Of a DNA stretch of 64,000 nucleotides, positions 10,880-27,272 are shown piece after piece. Origin of the DNA: Camelus dromedarius. Its lineage: Eukaryota. Both the position numbers and the translations under genes were made by a program. The DNA lies in contig NC_087458.1 of the NCBI RefSeq assembly GCF_036321535.1, positions 3,782,001 to 3,846,000 on the forward strand, read 5' to 3'. The notes beneath the pieces were generated by a model, which saw only the letters and a program-made list of their open reading frames with translations, ran no database searches and was not told the origin of the DNA. Positions within the stretch are counted from its first letter, which is position 1; each line of letters opens with the position of its first letter.

Positions 10880-13549
10880 TCAGTCCTCGGGTGGGATGCG
10901 CAGGGCAGAATACACCATCACCCGACTGTCCTCCTGCCGTCGGCCTGCAGAGGGGAAGGGGGGTGAGTCTTGGGCAGAGTGAGAGCAGAGCACTGACACA
11001 GGGGGAGTCCTGGACAACAAGAGGGGGTCCCCAGATGGTGGGGATAAGTGCAGATTCAAACCCACCAGTCACTGACTGGCTGAACCCAGACTGCTCCTGG
11101 TAAAGTCTAGAGACTAAAGGTCACAAGTGGACAGAGCAAAACCCTGAAGGTGGTGGAATAGACCGACGTGGAGACAGAGAATGGAAGGCAATGGACCCGG
11201 GCTGGGGCTGGGCTCAGTCATGGGCAGTGGGCAGGCAGGTGGGATCTGTCAGGCGATCAGTCCAAGTAGTCAGTCCTTACACGAGAGACTGCGCTGGATA
11301 CTTCGGAAAGACCCTCCAGCTGTGATGAAGGCCCAGAGCCCCATGGAAACAGTGACTGCATAGATGGGCAGCAGGCTGGCCTCATACCAGGGGTTCAGGA
11401 ATGTCTGGGGATGGGAGGAAGAGGAGAAAAGAGGTTAGATTCTCCCTCTGCCTAATCCCCCTATTCTCTTTGTGGCTTTGACCCAGATATCTCACTTAGC
11501 TCCCCAGTCCTTCCCTTCAGAACACCAGCATCTTGTGATTAAGAGGACTTGTGATTTTCAGCTCCCTCTGAGGTTTCTGCCACTCCCCCTCACCTCAGAC
11601 TATCTGCACTACAGTTTGCCTAACCATTCAAACTCCTACCCCAGAGCATCCTCAGAGCAGGTTATACAATTGATGCTGAGGTGAGAGACCTCAAAAGACT
11701 CACCTTTCTGCCTCCTCCCAAAATAAGTTTTAAAATGTTAAGAAGTGAGGATTTATTTCCCCTCCATCCCACTCACCATTAAGTTCTTTTCTCTCTGACT
11801 CAGGNNNNNNNNNNNNNNNNNNNNNNNNNNNNNNNNNNNNNNNNNNNNNNNNNNNNNNNNNNNNNNNNNNNNNNNNNNNNNNNNNNNNNNNNNNNNNNNN
11901 NNNNNNNNNNNNNNNNNNNNNNNNNNNNNNNNNNNNNNNNNNNNNNNNNNNNNNNNNNNNNNNNNNNNNNNNNNNNNNNNNNNNCCCCTCATCTTCTCCC
12001 AGCCTCCTGAGATGTTGAGCCAAAGAAGTCTCCCAGGGAGGGCCAATAAATCAGATCAGGGCGAGGTATGGATGGGGCATGAAGGCAAGAAAGAAAATGG
12101 ATCTTACCTGAAGTCAAGAAGTAATAGGGTGAGTCTCCATGGATCCCAACCACACCGGGCCCAAGTGCATCGGCCAAAATATTGATAACAGAGAAGACAC
12201 CACTGATGATACCGAAGGAAAGACCAGAAACTGAGGGGAGGGAGGGTCTCATCAATGGCAGAGGTCACTATAGTCTGATTACCAGTGATCCCTCCCCATT
12301 CCCAGTCACAATTCCCCCACACCTACTCTCCCTCCAGACCTCCTCTCCCTGGAAGTCAGGTATGAAGAAAAACAAGAAGCCACTTAGGACATGTGGATGT
12401 TTAGAGACTTCACTGGGAGAGGGGGGTGTCCAACTCCCTCCTCCAGTCCTTGTCCCTTGGCTCACCATAAGCCATCTGGCGGATCGAGATGGGTGATCTT
12501 CCGTCCTCACTCAGCGATGCTAACCCCTCATCTGCCTTCCTGGGGTGGGGTGGGGTGGGGTGGGGTAGGGGAAACATGAGGAAGGGCAGGAAGCTCCTTT
12601 CCCTCTAATGTCTTCCCTTAGTGCTTCCTCATCCAAACCACCACCCAGCGCTGCCCCACTGCAATCCTCTGCCCTTCTCCCCTCCAGACCATCCCATCTT
12701 CTTACTTAAGCAGCTTGTAGTAGGCAAAGCGGAACACCTCCTGTAGAAGGACAGAGACTGCAGCACCAANNNNNNNNNNNNNNNNNNNNNNNNNNNNNNN
12801 NNNNNNNNNNNNNNNNNNNNNNNNNNNNNNNNNNNNNNNNNNNNNNNNNNNNNNNNNNNNNNNNNNNNNNNNNNNNNNNNNNNNNNNNNNNNNNNNNNNN
12901 NCAGGCAAGGGTAGGGGGCAGCCAGAGAAATCAAAGAAGGGACCCAACTAAGGCTGCAGCATAAAGTGGAAGTTAGACTTCCGGATGGCCAGGGAGACAG
13001 GGAGGAGACAGGATAGGTGTCTCCACCAAGGGAGTCTGGAGGGATCTGGACGCAGGGGAAAGGGTAAAAATCTGATTAAAGAGTCTTCAGAGCCAGATGA
13101 GAGGCGGAGTGTAGGAGCACAGGAGGGCGAGGTATCCATTCCTGGATACTCCCTTAGGGCCGGCCGAGGTCAGCACAGCCTCCTCAAGAATCTTGGCCTT
13201 GGGCCTTCTCTGACGTCGCCGGGAGGAGTATAGGAGGAATCTGTGCGATCTCTGGAAGGCGGAAACCAACTGCGGGAAAAGGCACATCACCCAGACCCCT
13301 GACTCGACTCTCTCCAGTCTTCACCTCCGACTAGTCTCCCTCAACTCAGGCTTCCAGGCTCGCCCCAAGTTCCTCCAGCCCTTTTCTGATCTCTCTCTTC
13401 GGCGTCGTCCCGCGTCTCCCCAAGCCCCTAACTCACCCCGCGACCAGGATAATGACGCGAAGCGGGTCTCCAGCCACAGTGATCAAGAAAAGCGCAAAGG
13501 CTGGGCCGAAAGCGACGAAAGTGCATCCAAAAAACACAGCGGCCCCCAT
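10880..13549 (-). CDS. APH1A: Gamma-secretase subunit APH-1A, long isoform (265 aa), 7 exons, exons 2 and 5 partly or fully under N
   Basis: Exons 13549-13437 (MGAAVFFGCTFVAFGPAFALF...), ~12876-12706 (visible GAAVSVLLQEVFRFAYYKLLK; 5' part masked), 12539-12466 (KADEGLASLSEDGRSPISIRQMAY), 12230-12108 (VSGLSFGIISGVFS..., GxxxG motif), exon 5 inferred inside N-run 11805-11984, 11404-11281 (TFLNPWYEASLL...), 10944-10880 (CRRQEDSRVMVYSALRIPPED*). Visible junctions are GT-AG. Confidence 0.95.
11270..13549 (-). CDS. APH1A: APH-1A short isoform (247 aa, ends ...RSLSCKD*)
   Basis: Reading through the exon 6 donor (T|GTAAGGACTGA on the minus strand) gives CKD then TGA at 11272-11270, matching the known APH-1aS C-terminus. 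Confidence 0.88.
11805..11984. other. N-run (180 nt) covering APH1A exon 5
   Basis: The only place between exons 4 and 6 that can hold the missing 128-nt exon. Confidence 0.9.
12770..12901. other. N-run (132 nt) covering the 5' part of APH1A exon 2
   Basis: The visible exon 2 frame runs into the Ns; the expected 171-nt exon fits. Confidence 0.92.
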
Positions 13550-13960
13550 GGCTGGGTAGCTGGGGGCGGGGTGGAGGCCTGGCCAAGAGAGGCGAAGGGG
13601 AGGAGCACGCCAGCTAGGGAGTCCGCGTGGGGTGGCGACGCGACCCCGTGAGGGGTGCGGTGCAATGTCACCCCCGGACCCCGGGGAAGGGGGGGGGCAC
13701 AGAAACCCCAGATACTGGTCTTCGCGACTTCCTCTACGGAAGCCGAGGAGGGGACAAACCCCGGCTGCCGCCCCATGGCCACCTCCCATCTAATCCCCAC
13801 CCCCTGGAGGCCAATGGAGAACCGGCGGGGGCGGAGCTGCGAAGGCGGAGGCGTGGCTGCACTACCTACTGGGAGTTGTAGTCCTGCCCCCACCCAACCC
13901 TGGACCTCGCCCCTGGGAGTGGCTCCAGCCCGTTAAATCAGTGGGCTAGTCCCAGGCCCG
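13400..13960 (-). promoter_or_regulatory. APH1A: APH1A CpG-rich promoter/exon 1
   Basis: CpG-dense. CCAAT at 13811-13815, GC box ggggcggag near 13828, ZNF143/THAP11-type ACTACAACTCCCAG on the minus strand at 13869-13882. Confidence 0.8.
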
Positions 13961-16128
13961 GATTCGGGGCTTCAGTTCATCATTGTTCGCTGTTTCCTTT
14001 CGTTATTTTCTGGGGAAGGGTGGTAGCCACCCTGCCTCTTCTTGAAGAGCTGCAGAGAGGGGAAGATCCTGTTGAAACCTAAGGGACAAATACAAGGAAA
14101 GCACAAGACAGAGGGTGCAGGGAGATAGGGACAGGTATTGTTCTTACTTGAATGAGCGGAAGTGGACTAGAGCTAATGCCTAAGAGGTGAAGGTTAGACG
14201 TAAAACTCGGAGCTCTTTGAACAGGCTAGTATAGGAAACATGCAACACAGCTAATGAAGCCTTCATCTGTAATGACAAGAGAATCAGAGAGAAGCCAAAG
14301 GAGCCTGGAGAGCAATGTTAGGAAGGAGGTTAGAGGGGATTTGGAATTAAAATTGTTTGTAAAAGGCAGAGCGACGGGGATGAAGGAAAAAAGACAACCT
14401 CTCCCTCCAGCTTACTCAGTTCCTTTTATGTCATACTTCCTCTATTTATTTTATGAAAAATGAACCTCAGTGGGGTCTTTTCCTCAGCCTGGGGGGAGGG
14501 AAGGGGCAGGGAATGCATATTAGAGCGGAAGAAAATTAAAGTAGAAAAGGGTATTGTCATCTCATTTGGACCGGAGTAGGGTTAGTCCTTAGGCAGGATG
14601 TTTAGGCAAAAGAGTACCAGGATGAGAAAGTGAGGGAAACTGGAATATCGCTTTTGAAAGAGTAATCAACGTACCAAAAAACTATAGAAATTGTTCAAGG
14701 AGAACCAGGCTTCTTTTCCTTCCTGGAAAAGATTCATGGCCATGCATATGTGTACATTCATGTAAGAGTTTACATTTTTTCCCCAGGAAATTCTGGAAAG
14801 GAGCTGAAGGAATAGATTCTATAGATTTACAGGGGAAGTCACCATGCAAATCCTCCCCCGATGAGGTTGAGAGGGTGGGAGCATCTTGGCCAGTGCTCAA
14901 GCTCTAGTGAGTCTTGCTTCCGAACCTACCAGGCCAGAAGAGAGAGGGAAAGACAGCTTATCTCTCCTTTGAGCTGTTACCACAGCATCTTCTGACTTAA
15001 GAACAGGCGCCAAACCTGTCTTGTTCATGCGTGGTTTCACCGAGACTTGCATATTGCCTGGCTCACAGTAGATGCTGAATAGATGTTTATTAGCTCCCTT
15101 TAAAAAACAAAACAAAATAAAACCCCTACATCCTTTTCTTATTCCCTTGCCTATGAACTTGGAATTGCCTATCAGACTAGGCCTAGAACACTATGCCTAG
15201 CACATATGTTACTAAATGTTTCTCAATTGAATTGAATGAATATGGGAAATATAAAAGCAAAGAGAAGGACATGAACACCACCCCTGAATGGTGGAATGAA
15301 GGGAACACACCAAGTGACCGAAAGTGGGAGAAGGGGCGTGGAATAAACAGCAGAGAAAGAGACTGCCTGCTTCCTCCCTTCTCCCAGCCTGTGTGCAGAG
15401 GTTGAGAAAGTGGTGAGGTAAGGTCAGTACTTAGCAGAGAGGAAGTAACTGGCCTTAACTGAGAAGGTTTGTTTTTTTTTTTCTCAGAAGCAATGCAGCA
15501 GGTGCTTTGAGAGTCAGACAAGGATGTTGCTATTGCTCCTATATTTCACAGTCCAAGACAGGCAGAGGAGAGAGACTGTTCTCAGTCTAGAAAAAAATGC
15601 CTATCCCTTCCTTAGAATATTTTGTCTGTGAAGAAAGACATTGTGATGAAGCCTCAGAGAGAAGGGCAGTGTTGGATGGTGACAGTAAGTTAGGGACAGT
15701 GAGAGGAAGGGTGAGATTTTTGTGAGGACTGGGAGCAAGGAAGGAAAGGAGGGGAGAGGGGAAACTCCTTGGGAGCCTGGGGGTTTTGTTGTTGTTTGGT
15801 TGGTTGGTTTTTTGGTTTTGTTTGTTTGTTTGTTTGTTTTCCCTGGTAGTGGCAGGAGTCCTGAATGGATCTAGTCTAGGGCTAGGGGAGCTCAATGAAC
15901 ATGTTTCCATCAAAATTCACTTTTCCTCTCTTGATCTGCACAGCTCTGAGGACCAGACCGGTAGTAACTGATGGTCTAACCAGTCAACAAGTGGGCGGGG
16001 AATCCCTCCCAGAGAAGCGTGGCTGCAGCAACCTCCCTGCTTTGGAGGAGGGCGGGAGGCGGGGTAAGTCTGGTGGGAAACGCTGTTATTTCCTTTTTTA
16101 CTTTCAAGGCAATAGTGCAGAATCCAGA

Positions 16129-21113
<4,985 letters not shown>

Positions 21114-21798
21114 AAGGTGAGAGCACAGCAGCCACTGGTCTTGGGGGAGTCTGTGAGCAATTTTACCAGTATCTCTGGCTAGTGTTTTCAGCCTGGTCAA
21201 TTCAGCCTGAAGGAAGAGCAATCACATTTAGAAAAGTCTTATCTAATTTTAAGGAGGTTTAAGAGATCTCCAGGCAAAGGCTTTTGTAATAAGAGTCATT
21301 ACTTTTTCTGAACTGGGAGGATTTCAGGGCTTCCTAGAGCAGAAGCAAATGGAATGGAGAAGAAAGTTCTTCAGCTTTCTAGTCTGCTACAAGGAATCAA
21401 AGCTGGTCCCAGCCTGGCCCCGTTTAAAGATTGGCAGGTGCCAGAGGGCAAAATAGGAGGGGGCCTACCATCTGGGGAGTCAAGAGGCGAAGTTCAAAGG
21501 CAGAAGGGGTGGTGGTTCTCTAATGTAGGGGAGAGGTGGTGCGGGAAAGGAGAAGGGAAGAGAAACCTTTATTACAGAGAAGGAATTTAAGTTGGTATTC
21601 TAAATAACTGGCGGGCATGAAGAGGTTTAGTGGAAGGAAGGAGTGCAGAGGGGAGGGGACATATCTTTTAGTAGATGTCATGGGGAAATCTAACTCAAAA
21701 TATGAAATCTGGGGAGTTTCTACAGAGGTGGGAGAGCTGGAGGGGCTTCCTGAGTCCCATTATTCTGTTTTTTTCCTCCTCTTTCTTTCTTTATTTAG

Positions 21799-21885
21799 GA
21801 GAGGGAAGGCTGCTACGACTCGGATGGGGATTTGGGAAGAGGAAATTGGAAGATAAAATAAATACATGAAATAATCCGGTTATTC
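21799..21885 (+). other. C1orf54: Non-coding terminal 3' UTR exon of C1orf54
   Basis: Donor AAG|gtgaga at 21117, 3 nt after the stop; pyrimidine-rich acceptor ttctttatttag|G at 21798/21799; AATAAA at 21857-21862. The 3' end is approximate. Confidence 0.7.
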
Positions 21886-22629
21886 TCTTCTCCTTTGTGA
21901 GAGTCTGTTCTGAAGCCACAACACTGAAGAGAGCACTAGCATATGGCTGTGGGAAGGGTAGGCTAGAAAGGGATTTAGGTGACAATAGAACTAGAGGGAA
22001 TTATTAGGACTTGGAAAAAAGCCTGAAATTTTGGGAAGAATGAAGAAAAGTACCCACAAACAACAGGTTTATTCACAGCTTATAATTACTTCTAATTCTA
22101 TTGTTTCACTTTATCATATATGGTTTTGGGATAGTGTGTTTGCAGAAAGAGAGTTGAAGTTTATGTAGAACCCTTTTTCCTTTTTATAAAATAAGCACAT
22201 TGTTAAACATATGTAAAATATCGAAAAGTACTTAAAATAGATTTTTAAAATTCACACCCTCCTCCGCTTACCTCCCCCCTTCCACCTCCCACCCCTAACT
22301 CTGTACCTTTCTCTGTAATTAGGGCATACAGGGACAAACTACCCCCCCCCCAATTCCTTGACACCCTAATCAGAACTAGGCTGCCCCCTTGCGGTCTCTT
22401 TGATATTATAGCTTCAGTTAGCCCACAAGTCCCTGAGCCCTAACCCCTTCTCTTCACTGTGCTCTCAGTACTGCGAGGGGCAGTGAATAGTAAACTCTGG
22501 ACTTGCCACCCTCCCTCCTTCAAATCTTCTCCAGAGGACAAATGAAAAAACTGAAACTGAACAAAGGCATAATCTAGGAGATCACGGACTTTCCCCTTTC
22601 CGTTTCTTGTTCTAAGAAACAAAGAATTC

Positions 22630-23830
22630 AGGGCGCAGGGCCCGAGGAGCCCAGATAAAAGTCAGGAACAACCGAGTTGGGCTTTGACCTCTGGAGCTGT
22701 GGCGGGCTGGCATCTGAGCTGGTAACGTGCGTGGAGGGTTATGTAAGGAAAGGACTCGAGGAGCCGCCCCAGCGGGAGCCGGAGAGAGGACGCGGTGTTC
22801 TCGGCAGCAGTCCCCACCCTCCTCACCCAGCAGGGCAGGAGGCACCCAGCTTGCAGGAGGAGGAGGAGGGGAGGGTGAAACAGAGACCAGGGAGTCACGA
22901 GGGGTGAGCCGCCGAGACGGGGAGAGGATATACAGTGGCACACATCCATTCTCTCACACACGTTGCTGACGCAACTCGCTGATGGTTTCCACGTGCTGCA
23001 CTCGTGAGATGAGGCTCTAAAAGAGGGGGCAGAGGGGTCGGCTCCAAGGAAGAGCCAGGAGTCCCACGTCTCGAGGCTCACTCCTCAAGTCGCACAACCA
23101 GTCTGCACACGCCAGTTGCACCGCTCCAGGCGCGCCACCACCCTATTTAAGGCCACAGGCTCCGCCCTTTCCCTCCCCTCCCTTCTTTTCCACTCTTTTT
23201 CCGTCCTCCTCGTTTTCTCACCACGGGGTCCTCCTCGCTAGCCGCATGTAGGGGCGGAGCACGAAATGCTTACCTTCCAACCAATCGTCACCTGACTGCC
23301 TCTCTATTGGCCGAGCCCCTGTATGCTGTAGCAAATGGAATGTGAACTTCAGTGACGGGAGTCACGTGCCACCGGCTAGACAACCAATGAGGATGCGAGG
23401 TCTGTGTACGCAGGGGGAAGGCACGTGCGGAGCTGCACGTGTCTGGGAGGGGGAAGGGGCAGGACCCAGTGGGAGAGAGGCGGAGGTGGGTAGCCGAGAC
23501 CCGAGAGTCTGAGAAGGATCTGGAGACAGCCTGGGCTAAGCCGACCGACACAGGTGAGGAGACTCAGAACAGGGAGCGATTCGTGCAGGGGGATCAGACC
23601 CGAAGGGAGTGGGCTTAGGGACCTAACGCAGATCTGAGTATTGCGAGGGATCGCATCACGTGACAGGCGCGACCGGAGGTGGTCCGGCGCAGGGATCCTG
23701 ATCAGAAAGATTGGGAAGTGGCGAGAGGTCTGTGTGAGGTGCGGTCCTAGGTGGGTTCGGGTGCCGCAGCTTTTCGGCTCGCCGGCAGCTTGACCTCAGG
23801 TAGAGAGGCTCGCTGCGGGGACAGGATGGG
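22630..23830 (+). promoter_or_regulatory. CIART: CIART CpG-rich clock-controlled promoter
   Basis: CACGTG at 22990, 23363, 23422, 23436, 23657; E'-boxes at 22724 and 22959; D-box TTATGTAA at 22739-22746; CCAAT at 23281, 23305 (reverse) and 23384; GC box 23251-23260; candidate first-exon donor CAG|gtgagg at 23553/23554. Confidence 0.85.
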
Positions 23831-24149
23831 AACAGAGCAGACGAACTGGGGGAAGGTGTCAAATCAGGTAATTTACTCTGAGGGAAGAAAGAACAGTCTG
23901 TGTCAGGCTCACAGCTGCTCTGCGGAGGCCAGAGAGGCAGTCCAGATTCTTAACGGAGGGGAAGAGGTGGGAAGATGACTTTTTCTATTGTCCCCGAGAC
24001 AGGTAATATTGGGGAGGGAGAGAAGAGATATTATTATCGCGTATAGTACACCCCAGTCCGTTTCCTAATCCTCAGGTTCTGGTTTCAAACGCCCTCGCTT
24101 TGCTCTTCAGTTGCAGGTCCCCATCTTTGGGTACTACGGGAGCTGCCCT

Positions 24150-27100
24150 ATGGATTCTCCATCTAGCGTTTCTTCCTATTCTTCCTACTCTCTTTCTTCC
24201 TCTTTTTCCACCTCCCCAGTGAACAATGACTTTGGCTTTCCCTCCGATAGTGAGGGGGAAGACAAGTGGGCCCATGGCCCCAAGCTTGACACTGTTGGGC
24301 AGAGGGGAGGTTCTCGGCCCAGCCCCGGTCCTATCCGCTGCAGGCAACGACCCAAGGTTTCCAGTAACGGACGAACAGCATCTCGCTCGGAACAGCGGGT
24401 CTTGGTTTCTTCTATGTCAGGATCTGGGGTCAAAAGATCAAGAGACGGTGAACTGGAAATCTGTCTAAACATCCAGGGGTGTACCACAGAAGGAGACCTG
24501 CTCTTTGCTCAGAAGGTAAGAGAAAACTGGAGAAAGGAGACACGACCAGAGTGATTTAGTACCCAGGTTGTTCGTAAGGACCCTGTGAGGATAGTATTGG
24601 CTCCCACATTTGGAGATGGAAGAATCAGTACTGGTGTGAACAATTCTTGGTCTTCTCATGCCTTTTGTCCTGTTTCTCTGCAGTGTAAAGAGCTCCAAGG
24701 ATTCATACGCCCTCTCACAGCCTTACTGAATGGGCTGAAGATGGGTCGATTTGAGAGAGGTAATTATCTGGTTAGTTGCATTCATTTGAGCTAGGTTTAG
24801 CTCCCTCTTTCTCTCTCTCTTTTAAAATATGTTTTAAATGTGCATTTTTCTTAAGTCTTTGGGATATGGATGATTCCTTTTTTCTTCTGTGACTTAAATT
24901 CTTTAGGTGCATGAATTTTAACCCCCTTCTGACCTTACTTTACCTAACTAAATTCTTACATCTCAATCCTTGTTCTCTCTTTCTCTCACCCTGACCCCAG
25001 GATTGAGCAGTTTCCAGCAGAGCGTGGCAATGGACAGGATTCAGCGTATTGTAGGTGTTTTGCAGAAGCCACAGATGGGGTAAGTCCCCCTTGGTTCTTT
25101 CCTCAGTGCTTCATAAAAAAAAGGAGATATCTTTGACACAACGTTGTAAAATGACTATTACTCAATAAAAAAAAAATTTTTAAAAAAAGAGATGTCTCCA
25201 ATCTTGTCCTGTTGCTGTTTTCACATCTAATGGCTTTTTTTAAATGTGTTTCTCGTAGAGAGCGTTATCTAGGAACTCTGCTACAGGTAGAAGGGATGTT
25301 AAAGACTTGGTTTCCTCATATAGCTGCCCACAAGTCATCGCTGGATAGTAGTAGGCACCAGCTGACCCAGGTAAGAACTTATAAACCTGAGGAAGAGGTG
25401 GGAAATAGCCAAAGAAATGAAGTGTACCTGCAGAAATGGGCTCCCTCTTCCATTTTCTTTGGGGTCTTTTCATCTTTTCAACAAGTTTCATTTCAGGAAA
25501 GGGAATGCCTGAACTTCCTTCATTGTCTTGGTTTCTAGATGTTCTTTGGTTCTGTTTTGTTTGGATCATCATGCAGAACACCACAAAGTCTAACCCTATC
25601 CCTCCTGTTGCAGCTTATCCACTTTCTGCATGGATTCAGGGGGCTTTTCACCTGGCCAGTTGAATCATGCAGGAAGAGTCCTCAGTTTTCCCTGCAAATC
25701 TTTTCTCCCCTGCTTCCCCTAAAACCATTTTCCTCTCTCTCTTTTTACACCTGCACAAGTATTCTTGGGTCCCTGTGGAAGCTTGGGTTTTGAGGACTGG
25801 TCATAAGATGTATATCACTGGGAGGTCTAAGAGGTGTATCACCCATGGGGCACCCATAGGGAGAGTGCTGGAAAGATTCTTAGACCTGGTGTGGAATGAT
25901 CTATTTTCTGTGCCTTCAAGTAATAGAGTATTTAGGGGGCACTTAAATGATAGAGAGGAGAAAGTCTTCTGTAGACAATGGACAGTCCTTCTTGTTTTCA
26001 ATCAGCCACAGTTATTACTGCTCTGGGAATAATTGATTTAAAAATAAGCAGGAGGATCTTGCCTGCATATTAATTTATACTTCTTAAGGAATTCAGCCGA
26101 TGAAATTAGAATTTAAAATACAGAAATTAGGAAGTGATTATTCCAACTAAAAATAGACTTTTTAGTGGGGGAGGGTATAGCTCAGTGGTAGAGCGCGTGC
26201 TTGGTATGCAAGAGATCCTGGGTTCAATCCCCAGTACCTCCATTAAAATAAATAGATAAATAAACCTAATTACCTCCTCCCCTGAAAGAAAAATTTTTAA
26301 GTAGACTTTCTCGAAAGAAGTTCTAAAATGAATTAGTTTATAAATAAGAATGTATGGGACTGTTTGTTTTACTTTGTATGTTTTTGGATATCCAGTGCCT
26401 ATATAGTGTGTGGTACATAGTAAGCCCTCAAGAATTTGTTTAGAAAATGAAAGTACATTTTGGTTACCAAAACTTTTACTTAATCATGGCTTGGCAGGAA
26501 ATTATCTGTTGCATAAAAGAAAGTATGTCAGCATTGCAGAGTTCCCAAGGAAAGCAGTTTTAAGCAACCAAGTGGAGTTGATCTGAAAGCTTTCTTACAT
26601 AATTTTTTTCTCTTTTCTCCCCATCCATAGCATTCTCCAAACCACCACGGTTACCCAATTGCATCTTCTTCTACACCTTTCATGGAAAAGATGGACCAGA
26701 CACAGCTAGGGAAGCTAGTATCGAAACCAAAGCAGCCTTGGCACCTCACTGAATGGCCAACTATGAATCTCACTTGGATCCACACCACTCCAATTTGCAA
26801 TCCCCCTCTCAGTTCTCCAGGTACCATCTCCTTTAGCCATGGTCCTGTAGGCACTGGAACCAGCATTGGTGTCATCCTTTTCCTCCAGCATGGAGAACAG
26901 CCCTTCACCCAGTCAGCTCCAGTCACTCCAGTTCCATCTGCTGCAGCATCTCCTGTCATCCCTGGTGAACCTAAGAAACTATCTGGAGAGGGGCCTTGTT
27001 GCCACAATTTGCCAGTGACTCTGCCATCAGACTGGAGCTGTACCCCACCCCCTCCTGGCCTACCCACCATAACTGGAGCGATGACCATGGGACACCTGGA

Positions 27101-27155
27101 GCAGATGGGAAGCCAGTCACCAGCTGCTCCTGATGTCTACCCTCTCAACCCCTAA
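24150..27155 (+). CDS. CIART: Circadian-associated transcriptional repressor (CHRONO/C1orf51), 385 aa
   Basis: Exons 24150-24515, 24684-24759, 25001-25079, 25259-25370, 26631-27155; GT-AG; total 1158 nt. Ser-rich MDSPSSVSSYSSYSLSSS start; conserved core EGDLLFAQKCKELQGFI...MDRIQRIVGVLQKPQMGERYLGTLLQVEGMLKTWFP. Confidence 0.96.
26167..26298 (+). mobile_element. tRNA-derived SINE (camelid vic-1-like)
   Basis: GGGGAGGGTA head, A-box TAGCTCAGTGG 26178-26188, B-box GGTTCAATCC 26221-26230, then non-tRNA body cagtacctccatt...taaacctaattacctc and an A-rich tail. Candidate TSD tagacttt at 26154-26161 and 26302-26309. Confidence 0.85.
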
Positions 27156-27266
27156 TCCAGGACTTGACATCGTAGTTTCTAATTTGTGTAAATAGATGTC
27201 TTCCTGCATTTTTTTTTTTTACTTTTAATGTGTGTATCTGTGTTGAGGGAAGAGAAATCCTTTCTG

Positions 27267-27272
27267 ATTAAA
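27267..27272 (+). terminator. CIART: CIART candidate poly(A) signal ATTAAA
   Basis: 112 nt after the stop, in AT-rich UTR. Confidence 0.55.

Noticed and set aside
10449-10982. 177-codon plus-strand ORF
   Set aside because: Antisense to the APH1A last exon and 3' UTR, includes a poly-A-derived Lys run, no homology recognised.
16064-16108. Strong donor GGG|gtaagt just upstream of the C1orf54 coding-exon acceptor
   Set aside because: The resulting intron would be 45 nt, below the practical mammalian minimum.
26167-26240. tRNA-like gene (A and B boxes), also at 60767-60840
   Set aside because: Continues into a shared non-tRNA body and A-rich tail, has TSD-like flanks and no clean acceptor stem; these are SINEs.
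26651-27088. 145-codon minus-strand ORF
   Set aside because: Antisense shadow of CIART exon 5.
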